From assembly GCF_000315625.1 (NCBI RefSeq), contig NW_005434502.1, positions 1 through 64,000 on the forward strand: DNA of 64,000 nt, in the 5' to 3' direction. The notes beneath the pieces were generated by a model that saw only the letters and a list, made by a program, of their open reading frames with translations, did not search any database and was not told the origin of the DNA. This document shows positions 45,399 to 58,100 of the stretch, piece after piece. How positions within the stretch are numbered: the stretch's first letter is position 1; every line of letters starts with the position of its first letter. The stretch is from Guillardia theta CCMP2712 (Eukaryota > Protista > Cryptophyta). The position numbers and the translations under genes are program-made.

Positions 45399-47074
45399 AT
45401 GAGTCTCGAAAGCAAATCTGCTTTTAAAAAATTCAAACGCGCCGATCTTGAGGTAAAATGAGAGCTCATCTACTCGATCACATGCAAGGACATTTGAATT
45501 TTATCTTTCTAGGTCTCTGATAAGATAGGCAAAGGGTCTTATGGGACTGTTTGGCAAGCTACAATCCTTGCAAGCGGACAAGAAGTCGTCGTTAAAGTGA
45601 TCTGGCCTGATCCTGGTGATACTCGAAAGCTCTTTCAGAGTCAATCTGATGTTGAACTTCAGATTTGGACCCCGAGGATGCCAAGAAAGAGAGTCCTGGA
45701 GAGCAGAGAAGGGCTGCTTTCAAGCGCGAGATCGATATGATGCGTAGGGTTGGTTTGCATCCCAATGTGGTGGCAATGCTTGGTTCTACGGGTGAGTATT
45801 TTGCCCTTTCTGTGTCTATTTTATCTAAAGCAGTAATGCAGCGGATTCATCAGTCATAGTTTTCGAAGAGGCCCTTACAGATTTACATGTCATCATTAAG
45901 AAACAGAAGCGGAGCCTTACAATGCCATTAATTGTTCGTTGTGCTCGGGATGTTCTGAGGGGTGTGGAGTATCTTCATGGCATCAAGGTTGTGCATCGAG
46001 ACATAAAGCCGGCGAATATTTTGGTTTTCAAAGAAATGAAACTCAAACTGGGAGATTTTGGTCTTGCTCGTGAATTTTCAGATGACATCATGACAGTGAG
46101 AAACGAGGTTTCTACACTTTGGTATCGTGCACCAGAACTGATTATGGGAGCATCAACGTACAATTCCAAGATAGATGAATGGTCTGTAGGGGTTTTAATC
46201 CTTGAGATGCTGCTCGGTCGTTGCCCTCTCATGGGCAATATCGAAGACAACTGCACATGTGACATTGTGACCCACTACAATTACAACTCAGATCAGCTGT
46301 ACAAAGTTTTCGAGCTTGTCGGTACTGCGGATGATCACTTCGCGTCGAGACTGGATTGCTATCAGCACTTCAAAGCTTGGCCTAGATTACAGTCTAGAAT
46401 AGAGGACATTGTGTCGACTGCATGCACCAAGGACCGTTGCCGTCGGTCGGACAAGACTGAACCATCTGATGAAGAAGTCAGTCAGGTAGAGCAGTTGTTT
46501 TTCATCATCATTCGCTTACCCATTCTGATGGCAGACATGCGAGGACACGATGGTCTTGATCAAAGGGCTGCTGACCATTGAACCAAACAAAAGAGAATCA
46601 GCAACCTCGGTATCATCCTTGTCTCATGCTCTTCTTCTTGACGGGAAACATCCAACAGGCTTTGCTTTCTCCGCTTTTGGATTCAAAACCGAATCCTAAG
46701 AGGGCAATCATGGGTTTTGGTAGCATGATCAACAGGATGCCTTCCTCCCCTGCTGCCAGCAACATGGCTTTCTCTAGAACTCCTTCCGCCCCCGCGCACA
46801 AGCATGAGGAAGCGGCAGCGCAGAACCTTACGAGGGTTGGCGATGAAACCTGGTTGCTAACTAGTCTGACTTATCGATTTCAGCAAATGGACCAGCTGAC
46901 CATGCGTAAGGCCAACGCGATGAAGGCGATGCCAGACTTCAGAAGAACCATGAGTACCTTCACTGCCGTCAGGTCGCCTCGCCCTCTCCAGTCTCTGACG
47001 GTTAGCTGACCATGCTTGACAGACCGCAAGAGCAAGAGAAAAAAACCTCTGAAAGAAAGATACGAGAAACTTAG
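45399..47074 (+). CDS. CDK-like (CMGC) Ser/Thr protein kinase
   Basis: IGKGSYGTVW, VVVK, HPNVV, HRDIKPAN, LGDFGLAR, EVSTLWYRAPELIMG, DEWSVG. Stop 47072-47074. Confidence 0.9.
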
Positions 47075-47149
47075 CTTCCTTTGTACATATATCATAACTT
47101 TCCTGACGTGCATGAGTCCGTGAGATTGAGTAGATCCATCAGTGCCAAG

Positions 47150-50100
47150 GAGCTAGAACCAAAATTTGAGCTAAAGCTAGAGCTAGAGCTCCAGCTCCAG
47201 CTCGAGCCAGAGCCAGAGCTAGAGCTAGAGCAAAACGTTAGAGCTAGAGCTAGAGCTAGAGCTAGAGCTAGAGCTAGAGCTAGAGCTAGAGCTAGAGCTA
47301 GAGCTAGAGCTAGAGCTAGAGCTAGAGCTAGAGCTAGAGCTAGAGCTAGAGCTAGAGCTAGAGCTAGAGCTAGAGCTAGAGCTAGAGCTAGAGCTAGAGC
47401 TAGAGCTAGAGCTAGAGCTAGAGCTAGAGCTAGAGCTAGAGCTAGAGCTAGAGCTAGAGCTAGAGCTAGAGCTAGAGCTAGAGCTAGAGCTAGAGCTAGA
47501 GCTAGAGCTAGAGCTAGAGCTAGAGCTAGAGCTAGAGCTAGAGCTAGAGCTAGAGCTAGAGCTAGAGCTAGAGCTAGAGCTAGAGCTAGAGCTAGAGCTA
47601 GAGCTAGAGCTAGAGCTAGAGCTAGAGCTAGAGCTAGAGCTAGAGCTAGAGCTAGAGCTAGAGCTAGAGCTAGAGCTAGAGCTAGAGCTAGAGCTAGAGC
47701 TAGAGCTAGAGCTAGAGCTGGAGCTAGAGCTAGAGCTAGAGCTAGAGCTAGAGCTAGAGCTAGAGCTAGAGCTAGAGCTAGAGCTAGAGCTAGAGCTAGA
47801 GCTAGAGCTCTAGAGCTAGAGCTAGAGCTAGAGCTAGAGCTAGAGCTAGAGCTAGAGCTAGAGCTAGAGCTAGAGCTAGAGCTAGAGCTAGAGCTAGAGC
47901 TAGAGCTAGAGCTAGAGCTAGAGCTAGAGCTAGAGCTAGAGCTAGAGCTAGAGCTAGAGCTAGAGCTAGAGCTAGAGCTAGAGCTAGAGCTAGAGCTAGA
48001 GCTAGAGCCAGAGCTAGAGCTAGAGCTAGAGCTAGAGCTAGAGCTAGAGCTAGAGCTAGAGCTAGAGCTAGAGCTAGAGCTAGAGCTAGAGCTAGAGCTA
48101 GAGCTAGAGCTAGCGCTAGAGCTAGAGCTAGAGCTAGAGCTAGAGCTAGAGCGAGAGCTAGAGCTAGAGCTAGAGCTAGAGCTAGAGCTAGAGCTAGAGC
48201 TAGAGCTAGAGCTAGAGCTAGCGCTAGAGCTAGAGCTAGAGCTAGAGCTAGAGCTAGAGCTAGAGCTAGAGCTAGAGCTAGAGCTAGAGCTAGAGCTAGA
48301 GCTAGCGCTAGAGCTAGAGCTAGAGCTAGAGCTAGAGCTAGAGCTAGAGCTAGAGCTAGAGCTAGAGCTAGAGCTAGAGCTAGAGCTAGAGCTAGAGCTA
48401 GAGCTAGAGCTAGCGCTAGAGCTAGAGCTAGAGCTAGAGCTAGAGCTAGAGCTAGAGCTAGAGCTAGAGCTAGAGCTAGAGCTAGAGCTAGAGCTAGAGC
48501 TAGAGCTAGAGCCAGAGCTAGAGCTAGAGCTAGAGCTAGCGCTAGAGCTAGAGCTAGAGCTAGAGCTAGAGCTAGAGCTAGAGCTAGAGCTAGAGCTAGC
48601 GCTAGAGCTAGAGCTAGAGCTAGAGCTAGAGCTAGAGCTAGAGCTAGAGCTAGAGCTAGAGCTAGAGCTAGAGCTAGCGCTAGAGCTAGAGCTAGAGCTA
48701 GAGCTAGAGCTAGAGCTAGCGCTAGAGCTAGAGCTAGAGCTAGAGCTAGAGCTGGAGCTAGCGCTAGCGCTAGAGCTAGAGCTAGAGCTAGAGCTAGCGC
48801 TAGAGCTAGAGCTAGAGCTAGAGCTAGAGCTAGAGCTAGAGCTAGAGCTCTAGAGCTAGAGCTAGAGCTAGAGCTAGAGCTAGAGCTAGAGCTAGAGCTA
48901 GAGCTAGAGCTAGCGCTAGAGCTAGAGCTAGAGCTAGAGCTAGAGCTAGAGCTAGCGCTAGAGCTAGAGCTAGAGCTAGAGCTAGAGCTGGNNNNNNNNN
49001 NNNNNNNNNNNNNNNNNNNNNNNNNNNNNNNNNNNNNNNNNNNNNNNNNNNNNNNNNNNNNNNNNNNNNNNNNNNNNNNNNNNNNNNNNNNNNNNNNNNN
49101 NNNNNNNNNNNNNNNNNNNNNNNNNNNNNNNNNNNNNNNNNNNNNNNNNNNNNNNNNNNNNNNNNNNNNNNNNNNNNNNNNNNNNNNNNNNNNNNNNNNN
49201 NNNNNNNNNNNNNNNNNNNNNNNNNNNNNNNNNNNNNNNNNNNNNNNNNNNNNNNNNNNNNNNNNNNNNNNNNNNNNNNNNNNNNNNNNNNAGCTAGAGC
49301 TAGAGCTAGAGCTAGAGCTAGAGCTAGAGCTAGAGCTAGAGCTAGAGCTAGAGCTAGAGCTAGAGCTAGAGCTAGCGCTAGAGCTAGAGCTAGAGCTAGA
49401 GCGAGAGCTAGAGCGAGAGCTAGAGCTAGAGCTAGAGCCAGAGCTAGAGCCAGAGCTAGAGCTAGAGCTAGAGCAAGAGCTAGAGCTAGAGCTAGAGCTA
49501 GAGCTAGAGCTAGAGCTAGAGCTAGAGCTAGAGCTAGAGCTAGAGCTAGAGCTAGAGCTAGAGCTAGAGCTAGAGCTAGAGCTAGCGCTAGAGCTAGAGC
49601 TAGAGCCAGAGCTAGAGCCGAGAGCTAGAGCCAGAGCTAGAGCTAGAGCTAGAGCTAGAGCTAGAGCTAGAGCTAGAGCTAGAGCTAGAGCTAGAGCTAG
49701 AGCTAGAGCTAGAGCTAGAGCGAGAGCTAGAGCTAGAGCTAGAGCTAGAGCTAGAGCTAGAGCGAGAGCTAGAGCTAGAGCTAGAGCTAGAGCCAGAGCT
49801 AGAGCTAGAGCTAGAGCCAGAGCTAGAGCTAGAGCTAGAGCTAGAGCTAGAGCTAGAGCTAGAGCTAGAGCTAGAGCTAGAGCTAGAGCTAGAGCTAGAG
49901 CTAGAGCTAGAGCTAGAGCTAGAGCTAGAGCTAGAGCTAGAGCTAGAGCTAGAGCTAGAGCTAGAGCTAGAGCTAGAGCTAGAGCTAGAGCTAGAGCTAG
50001 AGCTAGAGCTAGAGCTAGAGCTAGAGCTAGAGCTAGAGCTAGAGCTAGAGCTAGAGCTAGAGCTAGAGCTAGAGCTAGAGCTAGAGCTAGAGCTAGAGCT

Positions 50101-50340
50101 AGAGCTAGAGCTAGAGCTAGAGCTAGAGCTAGAGCTAGAGCTAGAGCTAGAGCTAGAGCTAGAGCTAGAGCGAGAGCCAGAGTCAGAGCCAGAACTAGAG
50201 CTAGAGCTAGAGCTAGAGCTAGAGCTAGAGCTAGAGCTAGAGCTAGAGCTAGAGCTAGAGCTAGAGCTAGAGCTGGAGCTAGAGCTGGAGCTGGAGCTAG
50301 CGCTAGCGCTAGTCAGAGTCAGAACTAGAGTCAGAGTCTG
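47150..50340. repeat. ~3.2-kb (GAGCTA)n hexamer satellite containing an assembly gap (48992-49291)
   Basis: Hundreds of copies with GCGCTA/GAGCCA variants and degenerate edges. Confidence 0.98.
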
Positions 50341-50684
50341 AGTCAGTTGCGATCAAATATGGCTGCGTGATTCGACTTGATTCGAATCGATACATGTAAG
50401 GGAGGAAGTGATTTATTCGGTTTGAATCTTGTTTATCTTCAGTTGCTTCTGCAACCCCTCACCCTCAGGTACCCCTGGTTCTAAGAGACTTTCATTATAC
50501 CAGGTACCGGGTTCATGGATTCCATCTGTGACCACCCCACTGTTTCCTGTAGTAGCATTGTTGTGACTTAACAAGGGGTCCCTTGTCCCCTCCCTGCTTG
50601 TGTCTCCTGCTCTCTTGCAGTCTGTCGTCACCCTTTCCTCTTCCACACCTCCATCGCTCTAAGTGAGCTACCCGACGACCTCTC

Positions 50685-51602
50685 ATGACCTCTTGTCCCG
50701 CATGCAGCACCGCTCTGCCTCCTGGCGCTCGCTTCTGCACTCACTGTTCATACTCACAAACTCGTTGTCCTTTCTGCAACGCACACCTCCCCGACCCATC
50801 TGGTGCCTGTCTCAACTGCAGGAGGGTCTCTCCTTCGGCATCACGCTCAGTCTCGTCGATGCCCGCGGCTGCGCCAATTACTTCCGGCTACGCACAGCCC
50901 AACCAGCAAAGCTACTCCATGAATGTCGGAATGAACTTGGGCGTGCCACAAAGCATGCATCAGAACTTCAACTTCAACCAAGGAATGGCTATGACGCAGC
51001 ATGCTTATAGGCAGCCGATGATCCAGCAGCAAGCCTTCCCCTTTGGTCTCCCAGGGTCTCAGGATTCAAACCTGCTTAAGACTGCCGGCGCTGGCATCAA
51101 CAGCATGCAGCCTAAAGCTTTTAAGCAGATGTCGAATCAAACCTTTGCAGGCCAGTCAGGTGCTCCAAAGAAGCTTGACTCTTCTCATATCAATCCATGG
51201 ATCTTTGCGAACAATGGCAACGGGCTTGCTCTAAGCAGCCCGAAGGTTGTTACTGAAATTGTTCATCCCTGTCTTTCTGACGTACTGACAGGCTCAAACG
51301 GTGAGCTCTCCATCGAACAGACACAATTCCAACGACAAGGTGAGGCGATTCATTAGCCCTGTAGAGACTCATCACGCTCAGCAGGACGACTCAAATGCCT
51401 TGGATGGTTTGTGTGTCATCTGCCTAGACAAGCAAGCGAAGATGGCGTGTGTACCTTGCGGGTGCGTGTTTACATGCTGCTCTTGACAGGCTACTCACAA
51501 CTCAGCAGGCACAAGTGCTTGTGCGAAGATCACAGCGCGGGACTGAGAGCATGTCCCATCTGTCGGACAAACGTTCAGACTGTCCTGAAAATCTATGGAT
51601 GA
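50685..51602 (+). CDS. Double zinc ribbon + C-terminal RING-HC putative E3 ubiquitin ligase
   Basis: CPAC..FCTHC..CPFC..CLNC; Q/N/M-rich middle; spliced RING LCVICLDKQAKMACVPCG-HKCLCEDHSAGLRACPICRTNVQTVLKIYG*. Confidence 0.85.
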
Positions 51603-52101
51603 AGCAGAGCTCTATCACTTTACTCAAAAGTTAGTTAAATCAGAACGAGGCTTGATCACTGTCGGCGCTACATGGACTGTTCGTATAGGTGCATTTGTAA
51701 TTCTCTCCAACCTTCCTACCAATGTTCCTTGATCAATATAAAGGCAACTCGCTGCTAAACGTTGTGCGTCCTCCTTGATCGTCTGCATAGAGAAGGATCA
51801 CAGAATGCTTGTTTTTATCTCTTACTGTTCTTCGTCTCCAGGCATATGAGCCTTTCTTTTTCAGTCAATAAAGGATTGGAAAAAAAAAAAAAGAATCTAT
51901 AGCATCTCAATTTTTATCTTGATGCAACTTCGACTTGAGTTTACACCAAAATAAGAAGGGTCGCAAACGACTTGGTGTATTAGACTTGGTGTATTAGTTT
52001 CCGTGAGAAGCAGCAGGATTAAGATAGCTTGATAAAACAAAAATGCCGATAGCCATATACATCATCCAATTTGCGCACAAGCAGGTTGTATCAGTGACAT
52101 T

Positions 52102-55100
52102 TCATTGCGGGGTTTGACTTGGCATGCTCCGCAGAGACTGGATATTCTCCTTGTGAAAGTTCCTCTGCTTTCTTTGCAACATGCTGCTCGACAAGTCAAA
52201 AGCCGCTGAGTCGATATCCGGCCACAGGCGTACCTCTCCTCAAGCTCTGCAGCTAACCGTGAGTCAACTTTGCTTCCAGCTTGCTCTGGTGGTTTGTACA
52301 TGGGGAAAGTTCCGACCTGGAAAGAAGGATGAGACCTTTCACGAGTCACGCCGTCGCCCACCAGTTCATAGATCCACTGCATGTCTTCGGTCTCAATGAT
52401 GAGCTTGGCTGTGTACTTCTTGCCGTACTCCGTGGGTTTGAAGTCGATCTGAAACTTGGTCCCTGTAGCAGCCGGTCACCGCTGAGGAGGCGAACGACTG
52501 AATCACCCTCGGATCCATAGCGCTTGAGAACGCCTGAGGTTGGCCTCACAGCAAACGAGGTCTGGGTCTCGGGAAGGAGCATGGCGGTGAAAGCTGTCTC
52601 TTCATCCGCCTGTAGGGAGGTAACAGGTAAGTTCTATGAGAGTGAGAGGACGAGAAGGGCACATGGTTGGTCAGGTGGAAGGAGACAGACGACTTCTTGT
52701 TCATCGTGCTGGTGATTTCGATGACGTCATCAGCTTGCTGAACGATCATCACGTGACCAGGTGCTACTGGGGTCATGGAGTCAGAGCTCACCGCCTGGTC
52801 GGCCACCAGCTCAAGTCGAAATCGCCATCGGCCACCACTAGGATGGGAGACGAGAACCTGAAGCATGAGGCTGAGCCAAGGCAGGAGAGAGAGGTACTTT
52901 GGCAACCTGTACATTCGCTCGGATAGGGCGGAGAGGAGCGAACTTCATGTCCAAGTGAACGGATCCCTGAAGACCTTGAACCAACTCGGTGACGAGACAA
53001 CGCGATAGAAGTTTCTCATTCTCCGGAGGGAAAATCAGCTCAAGCCCCAAACCGCTGCCAGCCTAGAGCAAGGTTGATCAATGGTTGGTGTGACACGTAT
53101 CATGGCGAGGTACCGCCCCTGAGTCAGAGAGAGTCTGCTTGTCAGCACCAGCGAGTTGTATGGGGATCTTCTCGGCTATAAGATCTCTCGCCCTATCATG
53201 GTATGACTGACAGCGACAGCCGCACGCACTTGTTGACCTGCACATGAAGCGTCCAAGGTTGACAGTCACTGGCGCTTCTACCGTCCCCCTGGTGAGATGA
53301 TCTTGTTAGAAGGAGAGACACAAACGGATGACGTACTTGATGGAATACTCCCATCTCAAGTCCTGATGATGTGCTGTCGAGATGCTCTGTAAGATCAGCG
53401 AACAAGAGTACTTAGTGAGGCTGGTAGGGCTGAAGAGCAAGGGAATCTCAACAGTCCTGTATTGCTGCGTGAGACTACTTTGATGCAGGAGAGAATGCGA
53501 GGAAACCTGTAGGGCTCGATTTCAAGCGTGGAAGTGTTTTGAAGGAGACTGAAAGCTGCCAGCCCAGTGGTGTACTGGTCTGACTGAATCTTCGCCTAAC
53601 GAGAACGTGAGTCCAGGAGAAGAGCAGAGAGGAGGAAGACACCTCAAGGTGCAAGGGGGTCTCGAACGGGTTGTTGAAGGAGATGCTGGTGCTGGCGCTT
53701 TGGTTGAGCGGAGCTGACATTTGCAGGTGGCTCTGAACAGAGAGATGAGGAGGAGGGAGAGAAGCGTCAAAAGCTTCACCGCAATCCCTTGAGGTTTGGT
53801 TCCCCTCCCACTACAAAGGAACCTCCATGACCCTCCAACTTTGTCGTGGAAGGTGATGGACGACGAGTCGACCCTGTCGATGGCATGTGGCGTGTAGAGC
53901 GCTTTGATCTTCTCAGCTCACTATCAGCTGCATAGCAAAATCCCATGCGTCACCTCTCGCTTCTCGTAGGGCTGGAGAGCCACGAAGCCTTTGGAAGCAT
54001 CGACAACTGAGAAGCAGCTGGGGTTGTCAATCTCGACAAGGAACTTGACGGTTGAAGACTAGTCAAGGGAAGAGGTTAGTCCAACTCCTTGCTTGACTGC
54101 TTCCTCACTGTCGGATTCTCCACGAGCAACTCGAACTCCTTGCTGATCCCCACCTGCGCAGTGTCATCACACGTTTGAGATGAGCGACGATAATGGAGAG
54201 AGGAGCAGGAAGACCTGGGTTTCTATCGTGTCAACTTGGATGGGATCGGCTTCTTCTGCTGTCATTCTTAACTGATACCTAAAAAGACGTCAATCGCAAA
54301 TCCTTCTCGTCAGGATCCAATACCAGAACTCTCCGATGTCTTCGTTGACAAAGGAGATAGCTCCCTGAAAGCCGAGTGACCTGAGAACAACTGCAAGGAA
54401 TTGACTGACCATGAACTGTCCAGCCAGCAACGGGGCAAAGATGGCTTCATAGTTCTGGGAACCTCCAGCGCTTATCTGCAGCTACACTGTCACAACTGCT
54501 CAAGTCAGGCAACAGACTCTGGACCGTGAGGCTTTCATATCCAATCAAACCATCTCCCTCCAGGACCACTTGGAAGGTGATGTCTTGGTCCATCGGATTG
54601 CTCACTCCGATCTCCACGGCTACAGCGCTTCGCACTTTGGTGGAGACCTGGAGCGGCGGGTCAGAGCTGCTTCCGGTCGAGGTGACCCAGACCTCGATCT
54701 CTCGCTCAAACTTGGGGTTCTCAGCATGGACCTCCAGCGTGTACCTGGGGGACAAGGTGGGTCAGAGGTGAAGGGAGGAGATGAGCGGTGAGCAAAGTGA
54801 AGGAGCTTGCCAGAAGTAATCCCCAGCTGGATCTGTGAAGGTCACGCTGCCGAAGAATGTTCCTCCCACTGGAGGCTGAACGTAAAGCGGATACTGCACC
54901 TCTACCGCCCCCTTTCTCAGCTCGCAAGTGCTTGCACCTGCGTGGATATCACTTCATAGTTCCCCCTCCTCCCTCTCCTCCTTCAGTCGCTCCTCCTTGT
55001 CTTGACCGTGATCACCTGTAATGAAGCGCAAGTCTGTGTTGACCTGATAGGTTATCGGCAGGTCTTTTCCGGTCGCGTTCTTGACCTGACAGTTGTGTCA

Positions 55101-58100
55101 TCTCCTTCACGTCAAACTTTATCCACCATGATTGAGGTCGAAGTTCGTTTCCTCGCCACACAATCGATCACAATGTGATCTTCAGCCACCGGGTCCTCCC
55201 CCTGCTAGGTTGTCAACTGACCCGCGCCCCAAGTCCTGACTTTGCACCTGACCCACGAGCTTGTACGAGTACTTGTCGCTGGTGGTCGCGTTGAGCAGGG
55301 TCAGCTCTCCTTCTGCTCGCATCGGCTTCTTGGGAGCGAACGACACCACGTAGTTCTTCTGCGCTCCTGCTGGCACTCGCAGCTCATTTCCTCCTGAGAA
55401 GAAGTTCCTGACCAACAGACCGTTGAGACTGTTGAGAAAAAGCAGCAGGGGGAAGAGGAGTTGAATGAGAGAAAACGAGGAGGAGGAAGAGAAAGAAAGG
55501 AAGAGATGAGCGAGGACGAGGACGAGGAGCAGTAGGGAGAGAGAAAACAGGAGAAACGAAAAAGAAGGTGGAGGAGAACAATCGAGCTACCCGAGGAGCT
55601 GGGCAGTGATGACCCAGTCGTCTGTGCTCCTGTTGATGATGGGAATCTCCTGAACATGACAAGTTGAGAAGAAAAGGAGATACCCAGCTGCTATTGACCT
55701 GAGAAATTTTCTGCCTTGCTGGGCATGAGAAGGTCAATTCCGCCTGCCAGGCAAGACTCAGTCTCGTCTCCTCCTCCCTTTCACTTTCCTCCAACGCCTT
55801 GGGCTGTATGTTGCAAAGGACAGACAGGACACGAACATCAAGTTTGCTCCTGCAGATGAGTTGTAAATGTCGTGCTTGAGAATGACCCCTTCGCTACCTG
55901 AGGATGATCATCCCTTCGTACGTCCCGGGCCCTCGCGTCTCAATCTGCAGCGACAGCTTGTTGACGGAAGGCGCTGCATGACAAGTGAGAGAGAGGAGAG
56001 GTAAGTTGACGCGGGGACGAGGTCACGAAGAGAGAAGTCGAGTTGAAGTAAAGACAAGATAGAGGCAGAGATGAGATGGTGAGGTAGAGGTAGAGTAGAT
56101 AAAGATAGTGAGGTAGAGGTGGAGTAGATGGAGATAGTGAGGTAGAGGTAGAGTAGATGGAGATGGTGAGGTAGAGGTAGAGGTAGAGTAGATGGAGATG
56201 GTGAGGTAGAGGTAGAGTAGATGGAGATAGTGAGGTAGAGGTAGAGTAGATGGAGATAGTGAGGTAGAGGTAGAGTAGATGGAGATGGTGAGGTAGAGGT
56301 AGAGTAGATGGAGATGGTGAGGTAGAGGTAGAGTAGATGGGGATGGTGAGGTAGAGATAGAGTAGAGTTCGTCAAGATGTTTTCAAGTCGTTCAGCTTGA
56401 CAAGTTTGACAAGTTTACCTCCAGCAGCAGTGGTGTCTTTCGGAGGGTTTCCGATGAGCACCTGCGGACATTTGAGACGATCAAGACATTTGGATCTGAT
56501 CTGCTCGCTGACCTCATTGGGCCCACTCATTGATGGGTTGACGTACTGAACCTGCACCCGTGACTTGTCATACTCGTTCACACCCTCCATCAGTTGCAAC
56601 CTTGTAGGGTTGAGCTGTCAGGTCAGAAATTTCCTGCTTGCAATCAGCCCACAGCATCTCCTCGCGAGTTTGTGATCACCTTGTAGAATTTCTGCCCATT
56701 GTCTTTGCCCATCATCTCCAAGACGGTGGATCGAACACGCTCGAGCAGCTGCCAGCAAGGATCAAACATGACAACAGAGGCATCAGATGTACAGCATTCT
56801 TTGCTGATAGCTGAAGATCCTTCACCACAACTTTTTTCTCTGGCAGAGAAAACTGAACAGTCGCGTGAGACACGAGAACACAAAGACGGGAGAACAACTT
56901 TGAGCGTCTCGCTGACTTTGGGGAGCTGCACGCTAGCAAACACGTCGATCGCAAACTCTCCGTGAGCTGCAGGCAAGTTGTCAAGAGTTTCCAGCTCTTC
57001 TCTTCGTCCTCTACCTCAACCTCCACCAATGCTATTAACTCCTCCTCCTCCTTCCATCTCCTCCTCCTTCCATCTTTCTCTTCTCTCTGCTCTCGCTCAG
57101 ACTTCTCTGACTCTTACCATCATCTTTGAACTTCACGACGCAAGAGTGATCGTTCAGTCTGATGGGCAGGAAGAAGAGAGACATGGTCGTTTGCTGCCCC
57201 CGGGCCAACTTGATCTGCTCGGAGATGAGCAGGGAGATGATATAGAAACGCGGAGTAGAAACTCGCCTTATCCTTCTTGATCCAGAAGCTTCTCTCCGGA
57301 AGAAGTTTGGACGACGTCACTCCGCCCGTCACTGCCGTCGACACGATGCTGGTCCGCTTCCTGTTCCGCGCTGCCTGGCCCTCGTCATTCTTGGACTCCT
57401 GGGAGCGAGTGAGACGGGAGGGCTGGATAAGGAGGCTGACTGAGAGGGAGATGGCGAAGGAGCAGACGTCCGCGTCATACGGATTCACGATCGGAATCTG
57501 CTTGCAGATGAATATTTGTCGTCGAGATGTCGATCGAACCTCTATGGTTGCGACTTCGTAGAGCTGCCCAGCGTAGGTGATCTTCAAGAAGTAGTTCAGC
57601 GCGAGGAGGAGAGAACGCGAAAGCTCACGGATGAAGATGACTTGTAGGACTTGACAGTAGATTGCATCAGAAACACCTGCAATCTCTCTCACTTTCACCT
57701 CCCGGCTTCCTTCACTTGTCAACCATTGGGGACGCTCGATCAGGCGAGACGAAGAACAACGTGGCGGTCGAGGGTTTTGAGAACCTTCGGGAGGAAGGTG
57801 ATTGCGGAGACAGAGATGGAGAAGAAGGTCAATTAGAAAGGAAAAGAATGCAAATGGTCACCATTGGTTCGGACAGATAAAACAAAAGCCCTCGACTAAT
57901 TGCTCACCTTGCTCTGTGTTTGATCGCAAAACAAATCTTCTCTCGCGCTTTCATCGTCACTCTCTTTGTTTCTATGGAAAATTCCGAGCTGAAGGCAAAG
58001 AGTGAGATAATCGAGTTTCTTGTAAACCCACAAGCTTTGCAAGCACTTGTACAGATGAAACTTAGCGCGTGGGGACAAACTTATTACCTTCCTTCGAGGA

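Noticed and set aside
47081-48853. 590-aa poly-(RA)/(EL) ORF
   Set aside because: Translation of the GAGCTA satellite; non-ATG start and a frame switch at a slippage point.
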